The translations under genes and the position numbers were made by a program. Of a stretch of 64,000 nt of DNA, positions 47,759-58,553 are shown one piece after another; the first letter of the stretch is position 1, and every line of letters starts with the position of its first letter. Source of the DNA: Cyanophora paradoxa CCMP329 (Eukaryota; Plantae; Glaucophyta); contig QPMI01000179.1 of assembly GCA_004431415.1 (NCBI GenBank), positions 124,001 through 188,000 of the forward strand, given 5' to 3'. Below the pieces are notes generated by a model. The model was not told the origin of the DNA, made no database searches, and saw nothing but the letters and a program-made list of their open reading frames with translations.

Positions 47759-50700
47759 TTGTCCCAACAGAACGGCTCGGTATGACCTCTCTGCTTACAG
47801 TGAGAACACACTCATGGTTGCGAAGAAGAAGCTGAATTAGAAGCTGCATTTGGGCCTCTTCAAACAAAAGAAAAATTCTTCGTTCTTGATAATATGTCTC
47901 ATGATGTGATACTTGGCCGTGATTACTGTGTGAAAAATTCCATTGATATTTCTCACTCCACTGGATTAGTCTCATCAACCAGGCATCCTGAATTGGCTGT
48001 TCCGCTCTCCTTGCACGAAAGTTGTACTCGTCTTTCAGTCTCTGAAACCACAACTATTCCGGCTAATACTGGAGTTAACATTCAGCTCTCGAATCCAACC
48101 ATTTGTGGAAGTGGTTGTATTATATTCGATTCTTCCTATTTGCATGATAAAGAACTGTATGGAATTAATGGAACGAATGTGGTCTGCGATGGCAAAGTCA
48201 GGGCTGTGATTTTTGTGATTGTAAATTGCACTACCACTTGCAAGGGTCATATTCCCTTGCAAAGTGGTAGCATCGGGAGGTTTTTCAAAGTGAGACTGCA
48301 CAGTGGCCGCATTGTGGGGGTGCCGGGTGACCTGGATATTGAGGAAGATATTGAAATACTTATTGACGAAATCGCCAACATGGGCGACAACTTTGTGAAA
48401 ATGAGGAACAGAAGGAAGTTTATTGGCATGCTCAAAAAAGAAGTTGAAAACTACAAATTCACTGGTGACTTTTTTGGTGCTGACAATCTTGTTAGTGTAG
48501 ATGAGCTATGAATGAAATTATACAATGTAGTTTTTCGCGAAGCACCCGACCTGACAGAGGGTGAAAAATTCAGTATTTTGCTCGCGCCTACCTTTATAAG
48601 GGGCAGCTTATGAGTTTCTTTGTCAGATTGATTTTCCCAATCCCATTCCGGCTACTTTTGTCGATACTATTTTTGCAAGACTGAAGGAACGTTTCAACCC
48701 TCCAAAAACCGAGGCTAGAGAAATTTTCAACAGCTTGACCCCTTGGTCCCAGAATTACAAGTCATGCAACATCAATGGGTACTTAGACAAGTCTATTAAA
48801 ATTGTGAAATTCGCCCAACTAGGTGAACTGGAATGCAATCATGTTGAGAGTATCTTGAAGCAGTTGACTTCCACCCGTTACAAGTATTTCAATCATCTCG
48901 GAATTGCCACGCTTGCTGACTTCAGACAAAAGGTTAGCGATGCAGAAAGGCTACGCGAGATCGATCCTCCTTTTTTTCGAATGACTGGATCAGCATCAAT
49001 AGGCGGAAATAATTCTAGAACCTTGGAGAGGGTTCCTCCAGTGAAACCAAATCCAGCTTCTAATTCAATTTTCACGAAGTTCAGGGTACTTGTCCCAACA
49101 GAACGGCTCGGTATGACCTCTCTGTTTACAGTGAGAACACACTCATGGTCGCGAAGAAGAAGCTGAATTAGAAGCTGCATTTGGGCCTCTTCAAACAAAA
49201 GAAAAATTCTTCGTTCTTGATAATATGTCTCATGATGTGATACTTGGCCGTGATTACTGTGTGAAAAATTCCATTGATATTTCTCACTCCACTGGATTAG
49301 TCTCATCAACCAAGCATCCTGAATTGGCTGTTCCGCTCTCCTTGCACGAAAGTTGTACTCGTCTTGCAGTCTCTGAAACCACAACTATTCCGGCTAATAC
49401 TGGAGTTAACATTCAGCTCTCGAATCCAACCATTTGTGGAAGTGGTTGTATTATATTCGATTCTTCCTATTTGCATGATAAAGAACTGTATGGAATTAAT
49501 GGAACGAATGTGGTCTGCGATGGCAAAGTCTGGGCTGTGATTTTTCGTGCTGTGTTTTTGTTGTAAATTGCACTACCACTTGCAAGGGTCATATTCCCTT
49601 GCAAAGTGGTAGCATCGGGAGGTTTTTCAAAGTGAGACTGCACAGTGGCCGCATTGTGGGGGTGCCGGGTGACCTGGATATTGAGGAAGATATTGAAATA
49701 CTTATTGACGAAATCGCCAACATGGGCGACAACTTTGTGAAAATGATGAACAGAAGGAAGTTTATTGGCATGCTCAAAAAAGAAGTTGAAAACTACAAAT
49801 TCACTGGTGACTTTTTTGGTGCTGACAATCTTGTTAGTGTAGATGAGCTATGAATGAAATTATACAATGTAGTTTTTCGCGAAGCACCCGACCTGACAGA
49901 GGGTGAAAAATTCAGTATTTTGCTCGCGCCTACCTTTATAAGGGGCAGCTTATGAGTTTCTTTGTCAGATTGATTTTCCCAATCCCATTCCGGCTAATTT
50001 TGTCGATACTATTTTTGCAAGACTGAAGGAACGTTTCAACCCTCCAAAAACCGAGGCTAGAGAAATTTTCAACAGCTTGACCCCTTGGTCCCAGAATTAC
50101 AAGTCATGCAACATCAATGGGTACTTAGACAAGTCTATTAAAATTGTGAAATTCGCCCAACCAGGTGAACTGGAATGCAATCATGTTGAGAGTATCTTGA
50201 AGCAGTTGACTTCCACCCGTTACAAGTATTTCAATCATCTCGGAATTGCCACGCTTGCTGACTTCAGACAAAAGGTTAGCGATGCAGAAAGGCTACGCAA
50301 GATCGATCCTCCTTTTTTTCGAATGACTGGATCAGCATCAATAGGCGGAAATAATTCTAGAACCTTGGAGAGGGTTCCTCCAGTGAAACCAAATCCAGCT
50401 TCTAATTCAATTTTCACGAAGTTCAGGGTACTTGTCCCAACAGAACGGCTCGGTATGACCTCTCTGTTTACAGTGAGAACACACTCATGGTTGCGAAGAA
50501 GAAGCTGAATTAGAAGCTGCATTTGGGCCTCTTCAAACAAAAGAAAAATTCTTCGTTCTTGATAATATGTCTCATGATGTGATACTTGGCCGTGATTACT
50601 GTGTGAAAAATTCCATTGATATTTCTCACTCCACTGGATTAGTCTCATCAACCAAGCATCCTGAATTGGCTGTTCCGCTCTCCTTGCACGAAAGTTGTAC

Positions 50701-53700
50701 TCGTCTTGCAGTCTCTGAAACCACATTTATTCCGGCTAATACTGGAGTTAACATTCAGCTCTCGAATCCAACCATTTGTGGAAGTGGTTGTATTATATTC
50801 GATTCTTCCTATTTGCATGATAAAGAACTGTATGGAATTAATGGAACGAATGTGGTCTGCGATGGCAAAGTCTGGGCTGTGATTTTTCGTGCTGTGTTTT
50901 TGTTGTAAATTGCACTACCACTTGCAAGGGTCATATTCCCTTGCAAAGTGGTAGCATCGGGAGGTTTTTCAAAGTGAGACTGCACAGTGGCCGCATTGTG
51001 GGGGTGCCGGGTGACCTGGATATTGAGGAAGATATTGAAATACTTATTGACGAAATCGCCAACATGGGCGACAACTTTGTGAAAATGATGAACAGAAGGA
51101 AGTTTATTGGCATGCTCAAAAAAGAAGTTGAAAACTACAAATTCACTGGTGACTTTTTTGGTGCTGACAATCTTGTTAGTGTAGATGAGCTATGAATGAA
51201 ATTATACAATGTAGTTTTTCGCGAAGCACCCGACCTGACAGAGGGTGAAAAATTCAGTATTTTGCTCGCGCCTACCTTTATAAGGGGCAGCTTATGAGTT
51301 TCTTTGTCAGATTGATTTTCCCAATCCCTTTCCGGCTAATTTTGTCGATACTATTTTTGCAAGACTGAAGGAACGTTTCAACCCTCCAAAAACCGAGGCT
51401 AGAGAAATTTTCAACAGCTTGACCCCTTGGTCCCAGAATTACAAGTCATGCAACATCAATGGGTACTTAGACAAGTCTATTAAAATTGTGAAATTCGCCC
51501 AACCAGGTGAACTGGAATGCAATCATGTTGAGAGTATCTTGAAGCAGTTGACTTCCACCCGTTACAAGTATTTCAATCATCTCGGAATTGCCACGCTTGC
51601 TGACTTCAGACAAAAGGTTAGCGATGCAGAAAGGCTACGCGAGATCGATCCTCCTTTTTTTCGAATGACTGGATCAGCATCAATAGGCGGAAATAATTCT
51701 AGAACCTTGGAGAGGGTTCCTCCAGTGAAACCAAATCCAGCTTCTAATTCAATTTTCACGAAGTTCAGGGTACTTGTCCCAACAGAACGGCTCAGTATGA
51801 CCTCTCTGTTTACAGTGAGAACACACTCGTGGTCCCGAAGAAGAAGCTGAATTAGAAGCTGCATTTGGGCCTCTTCAAACAAAAGAAAAATTCTTCGTTC
51901 TTGATAATATGTCTCATGATGTGATACTTGGCTGTGATTACTGTGTGAAAAATTCCATTGATATTTCTCACTCCACTGGATTAGTCTCATCAACCAAGCA
52001 TCCTGAATTGGCTGTTCCGCTCTCCTTGCACGAAAGTTGTACTCGTCTTGCAGTCTCTGAAACCACAACTATTCCGGCTAATACTGGAGTTAACATTCAG
52101 CTCTCGAATCCAACCATTTGTGGAAGTGGTTGTATTATATTCGATTCTTCCTATTTGCATGATAAAGAACTGTATGGAATTAATGGAACGAATGTGGTCT
52201 GCGATGGCAAAGTCTGGGCTGTGATTTTTGTGATTGTAAATTGCACTACCACTTGCAAGGGTCATATTCCCTTGCAAAGTGGTAGCATCGGGAGGTTTTT
52301 CAAAGTGAGACTGCACAGTGGCCGCATTGTGGGGGTGCCGGGTGACCTGGATATTGAGGAAGATATTGAAATACTTATTGACGAAATCGCCAACATGGGC
52401 GACAACTTTGTGAAAATGATGAACAGAAGGAAGTTTATTGGCATGCTCAAAAAAGAAGTTGAAAACTACAAATTCACTGGTGACTTTTTTGGTGCTGACA
52501 ATCTTGTTAGTGTAGATGAGCTATGAATGAAATTATACAATGTAGTTTTTCGCGAAGCACCCGACCTGACAGAGGGTGAAAAATTCAGTATTTTGCTCGC
52601 GCCTACCTTTATAAGGGGCAGCTTATGAGTTTCTTTGTCAGATTGATTTTCCCAATCCCATTCCGGCTAATTTTGTCGATACTATTTTTGCAAGACTGAA
52701 GGAACGTTTCAACCCTCCAAAAACCGAGGCTACAGAAATTTTCAACAGCTTGACCCCTTGGTCCCAGAATTACAAGTCATGCAACATCAATGGGTACTTA
52801 GACAAGTCTATTAAAATTGTGAAATTCGCCCAACCAGGTGAACTGGAATGCAAGCATGTCGAGAGTATCTTGAAGCAGTTGACTTCCACCCGTTACAAGT
52901 ATTTCAATCATCTCGGAATTGCCACGCTTGCTGTGCTCTGATAGGGTGATAGCACTCCCGCGGGGGGCTGTGCATTTTGTTTTCCCTTTGGAATGAACCC
53001 AAATTGGATGCAAGTAACGAAACATTTCTCCCTGATCGCTACGCAGGCATCCAATTGTAGTCAACTAGTGTGTACGGTCGGCCAGGGCGAAATCGGCCGG
53101 CAAAGAGCCCCCGGCCGTCAAACAGCCCCCGGCTGGCGCGGATTGCAGGAATTGCCTCTGTACAATGTTCGCCAAAAAAAATCGTGCACAAGTGATTGCA
53201 ATCGGTATAGTAACGCTTCTCATAACAATGTACAGCAACCGCTGCTTGCGCACAACAGACGATCTCCACGAATCATTTCTGGCGCACGCCCGTTCTGCTG
53301 TTCACTCCCTCCGAATGCGGAAGCACGGCAAAAATTCCATTGATATTTCTCACTCCACTGGATTAGTCTCATCAACCAAGCATCCTGAATTGGCTGTTCC
53401 GCTCTCCTTGCACGAAAGTTGTACTCGTCTTGCAGTCTCTGAAACCACATTTATTCCGGCTAATACTGGAGTTAACATTCAGCTCTCGAATCCAACCATT
53501 TGTGGAAGTGGTTGTATTATATTCGATTCTTCCTATTTGCATGATAAAGAACTGTATGGAATTAATGGAACGAATGTGGTCTGCGATGGCAAAGTCTGGG
53601 CTGTGATTTTTCGTGCTGTGTTTTTGTTGTAAATTGCACTACCACTTGCAAGGGTCATATTCCCTTGCAAAGTGGTAGCATCGGGAGGTTTTTCAAAGTG

Positions 53701-55655
53701 AGACTGCACAGTGGCCGCATTGTGGGGGTGCCGGGTGACCTGGATATTGAGGAAGATATTGAAATACTTATTGACGAAATCGCCAACATGGGCGACAACT
53801 TTGTGAAAATGATGAACAGAAGGAAGTTTATTGGCATGCTCAAAAAAGAAGTTGAAAACTACAAATTCACTGGTGACTTTTTTGGTGCTGACAATCTTGT
53901 TAGTGTAGATGAGCTATGAATGAAATTATACAATGTAGTTTTTCGCGAAGCACCCGACCTGACAGAGGGTGAAAAATTCAGTATTTTGCTCGCGCCTACC
54001 TTTATAAGGGGCAGCTTATGAGTTTCTTTGTCAGATTGATTTTCCCAATCCCTTTCCGGCTAATTTTGTCGATACTATTTTTGCAAGACTGAAGGAACGT
54101 TTCAACCCTCCAAAAACCGAGGCTAGAGAAATTTTCAACAGCTTGACCCCTTGGTCCCAGAATTACAAGTCATGCAACATCAATGGGTACTTAGACAAGT
54201 CTATTAAAATTGTGAAATTCGCCCAACCAGGTGAACTGGAATGCAATCATGTTGAGAGTATCTTGAAGCAGTTGACTTCCACCCGTTACAAGTATTTCAA
54301 TCATCTCGGAATTGCCACGCTTGCTGACTTCAGACAAAAGGTTAGCGATGCAGAAAGGCTACGCGAGATCGATCCTCCTTTTTTTCGAATGACTGGATCA
54401 GCATCAATAGGCGGAAATAATTCTAGAACCTTGGAGAGGGTTCCTCCAGTGAAACCAAATCCAGCTTCTAATTCAATTTTCACGAAGTTCAGGTACTTGT
54501 CCCAACAGAACGGCTCAGTATGACCTCTCTGTTTACAGTGAGAACACACTCGTGGTCCCGAAGAAGAAGCTGAATTAGAAGCTGCATTTGGGCCTCTTCA
54601 AACAAAAGAAAAATTCTTCGTTCTTGATAATATGTCTCATGATGTGATACTTGGCTGTGATTACTGTGTGAAAAATTCCATTGATATTTCTCACTCCACT
54701 GGATTAGTCTCATCAACCAAGCATCCTGAATTGGCTGTTCCGCTCTCCTTGCACGAAAGTTGTACTCGTCTTGCAGTCTCTGAAACCACAACTATTCCGG
54801 CTAATACTGGAGTTAACATTCAGCTCTCGAATCCAACCATTTGTGGAAGTGGTTGTATTATATTCGATTCTTCCTATTTGCATGATAAAGAACTGTATGG
54901 AATTAATGGAACGAATGTGGTCTGCGATGGCAAAGTCTGGGCTGTGATTTTTGTGATTGTAAATTGCACTACCACTTGCAAGGGTCATATTCCCTTGCAA
55001 AGTGGTAGCATCGGGAGGTTTTTCAAAGTGAGACTGCACAGTGGCCGCATTGTGGGGGTGCCGGGTGACCTGGATATTGAGGAAGATATTGAAATACTTA
55101 TTGACGAAATCGCCAACATGGGCGACAACTTTGTGAAAATGATGAACAGAAGGAAGTTTATTGGCATGCTCAAAAAAGAAGTTGAAAACTACAAATTCAC
55201 TGGTGACTTTTTTGGTGCTGACAATCTTGTTAGTGTAGATGAGCTATGAATGAAATTATACAATGTAGTTTTTCGCGAAGCACCCGACCTGACAGAGGGT
55301 GAAAAATTCAGTATTTTGCTCGCGCCTACCTTTATAAGGGGCAGCTTATGAGTTTCTTTGTCAGATTGATTTTCCCAATCCCATTCCGGCTAATTTTGTC
55401 GATACTATTTTTGCAAGACTGAAGGAACGTTTCAACCCTCCAAAAACCGAGGCTACAGAAATTTTCAACAGCTTGACCCCTTGGTCCCAGAATTACAAGT
55501 CATGCAACATCAATGGGTACTTAGACAAGTCTATTAAAATTGTGAAATTCGCCCAACCAGGTGAACTGGAATGCAAGCATGTCGAGAGTATCTTGAAGCA
55601 GTTGACTTCCACCCGTTACAAGTATTTCAATCATCTCGGAATTGCCACGCTTGCT
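47759..55655 (+). repeat. Tandem array of a 1331/1342-bp gypsy (family D) deletion derivative: LTR end, PBS, degenerate gag, inverted zinc knuckle, protease C-half; about 5.5 units in two blocks
   Basis: SHDVILGRD at 47894, 49225, 50567, 51909, 54632; PBS TGGTAGCATCGG in each unit; interrupted at 52933-53329. Confidence 0.95.
52933..53329 (+). pseudogene. Duplicated upstream region and first 55 codons of the methyltransferase gene, fused to array sequence
   Basis: Nearly identical to 55656-56054; part of a ~2723-bp tandem duplication. Confidence 0.92.
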
Positions 55656-55889
55656 GTGCTCTGATAGGGTGATAGCACTCCCCGCGGGGGGGCTGTGCAT
55701 TTTGTTTTCCCTTTGGAATGAACCCAAATTGGATGCAAGTAACGAAACATTTCTCCCTGATCGCTACGCAGGCATCCAATTGTAGTCAACTAGTGTGTAC
55801 GGTCGGCCAGGGCGAAATCGGCCGGCAAAGAGCCCCCGGCCGTCAAACAGCCCCCGGCTGGCGCGGATTGCAGGAATTGCCTCTGTACA

Positions 55890-56808
55890 ATGTTCGCCAA
55901 AAAAAATCGTGCACAAGTGATTGCAATCGGTATAGTAACGCTTCTCATAACAATGTACAGCAACCGCTGCTTGCGCACAACAGACGATCTCCACGAATCA
56001 TTTCTGGCGCACGCCCGTTCTGCTGTTCACTCCCTCCGAATGCGGAAGCACGGCATGGAAGAGATGAAGGTCAATGAAGATCTCGCTAGGCGTCTTTATT
56101 CACGTCAATATGTGTGGGATCTTTTTGAGCCAACAGTTTCTTGCAATAAAATCAGGATCGGCGAGGTGTCAGACGGTGGGAAGTGGGTCTGCACTCCATT
56201 ACCAAAACCGTGCATTGTTTATTCATTCGGATCCCGCGATGACGTCTCTTTCGAAGAAGATATTTACAAGCTCTCTCAGTGTGAAATTCATACATTTGAC
56301 TTGAACCCGAATACCAAGCAAACACCTTTTCTGAAGTTTCACAGTTTTGGGCTCGGATCATATTCAAACTCGGGGTCTCGCGTGAAATCGCTAAGCTCAA
56401 TCAGGGAAGAGCTTGGCCATAGCCACATTGACGTGCTCAAGATCGATGTGGTAAGCTCCCCTGTAGTTAGCTATACTTCTTTTACTCAAGTCACCACAGG
56501 AAGGAGCTGAATGGGACATTTTTAGAGACATGATTGCACATGATGGACTTCATAGTATTGGCCAACTGCAGATTGAACTTCATTTAAACGCGCCTGAAGA
56601 TGGAACCCAATCACAATGGCTGAAGACTCTGTCAGAATTCGTGACAGGGCTTGAAAATCTGGGAATGTACGTGTTCCATAGAGAACCAAACATGTTTGCA
56701 CCACACATTGCGCAAGAGTATGCATTCCTGAATGTATCAAAAGAGCTGCATTATTACATCTTGGAGCACAGTAGAGCTGTCAATGCCCATCACGATAGTC
56801 ATAGATAA
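55890..56808 (+). CDS. METTL24/Methyltransf_22-like SAM methyltransferase with signal anchor; exons 55890-56450 and 56500-56808; 289 aa
   Basis: RIG..DGGKWVC, CIVYSFGS..SFE, CEIHTFD, IDVLKIDV|EGAEW, QLQIELH, FHREPN; 49-bp GTAAGC..CAG intron. Confidence 0.92.
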
Positions 56809-56969
56809 GCTACAGTGCTCATTGAAGTCTCAGAGCAGTATGGATTCAGTGAGCGGGGTGTTTGAACTTGCTATGAACCCTACAGAGGGTGCAAGATTTG
56901 CTCCGAAGTGCTCGTTTTCGTGTCGTTTTTCAATGAAAGGGTAGTGGCATTGCCCCCCCCCCCCCCGAC

Positions 56970-57295
56970 CCCTTTTGCCCCCCAAAATCTCACAGGGCCC
57001 CCATTGCGCCGGGGCCGCTGGCGGCCCGGGCCAAGGTGAAGAAGCAGAAGCTGACCGAGGGGTCCGCCAAGGCCACCCCTGTCGCCCCCAGCACTGAGCC
57101 CAAACAAAAAATCAGCAAAGGGACATCCTCTCCTCGTCATGCACACCTGACAGAGTGCTCTGGACCACCCAAGGGCTCCCTGCACACTGTTTTGTGTGGG
57201 TGGGGACCCCTGCGAGATTTTGGGGGGCAACTGGGGGAAGTCCTGACCCCAAAACAAAAAACTAGAAATACAACACCCATTCTCCTCATGTGAAC
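56970..57295. repeat. ~147-bp satellite fragments (mostly reverse)
   Basis: Consensus match at 57090-57295. Confidence 0.85.
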
Positions 57296-57955
57296 AATAC
57301 GGATATCTATAACAAACGGATATCTATAACAAATACGGATATCTATAACAAACCCACGATATTTTCCAGAAACTACAATGATTTGACCAATAGACCAACT
57401 CTTGATTCCTTTACAGCTACCACTATCAGAGCCATTAATACAATGAATGTAGGATCGGGTCAGATTGTAGAGCCATTAATACAATGAATGTAGGATCGGG
57501 TCAGATTGTAGAACCAGCAGGACCTATGTTTGAAGAAACATGGTTTTTCCTCAATTCCCAAAATTACTTTGATGAGACCTTACTTGTTTGAAGAAATGCA
57601 TCTGCGAGGAATTTCTATGCTATGAACCCTTCAAATAATGCGACTATCAGTAGATGTATTACAGAAGCAGATCTTTCCATTCAACTCAATTCATGGTTTA
57701 ATGGGAAAATTCAAGCAGGGAAGAATGTTTACACTACTCCAGTTTTAAAATACAACAATCTATATGTTTTCAATCTAACTATCTATTTTAACAATGCCTT
57801 TGCTTCTCCTTCTGTTGTGACAGCATCAGTAAGGCATGAAGGACAAGATCCAAATTATCAACAATCTATGAAAATCCCAAACTATGAACTTGGAGCAAAA
57901 TCACCACATAGCACCTCTCATGAAATCTTTGATTCTACACCCTGAAATATATCCA
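57296..57955 (+). pseudogene. AT-rich fragment resembling a viral fibre/tail protein C-terminus
   Basis: FSRNYNDLTNRPT motif; IQAG..TIYFNNAFASPSVVTAS; 41-bp duplication and an internal stop. Confidence 0.45.
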
Positions 57956-58553
57956 CTGGGTCCCCACCCACACAAAACAGTGGGCAGGGAGAACTGGATT
58001 GTTCCAGAGCACTCTGTCAGGTTCACATGAGGAGAATGGGTGTTGCAGTTCTAGTTTCTTGTTTGGGTGTCAGCGCTTCCCCCTGTTGCCCCCCAAAAAC
58101 TCACACAGGGGTCCCCATCCATACAAAAAAGTGGGCAGGGAGCCCTGGGGTGTTTCAGAGCACTCTGTCAGGTTTGGATTATTCAAATGGGTGCCGCTTT
58201 TGGGGTTCTTATTTGAGTTCAATGCTCCCCCTATTGCTTCCCAGAATCTTACAGGGGTCCATGTCCACACAAAACAGTGTGCAGGGAGCCCTGGGGTGTT
58301 CCAGAGCACTCTGTCAGGTTCACATGAGGAGAATGGGTGTTGTTTTTCTAGTTTCTTGTTTGGGGGTCAGCGCTTCCCCCTGTTGCACCCCAAAAACTCA
58401 CAGGGGTCCCCACCCACACAAAACAGTGGGCAGGGAGTGCTGGAGTGTTCCAGAACACTCAATCAGGTTTTGGATGAGGCGAATAGGTGTTGTTTTTCTA
58501 TTTTTTGTTTTGGGGTCAGCACTTCCCCCAGTTGCCCCTCCAAAATCTCACAG
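57956..58553 (+). repeat. ~147-bp satellite block (forward, diverged)
   Basis: Four monomers. Confidence 0.93.
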
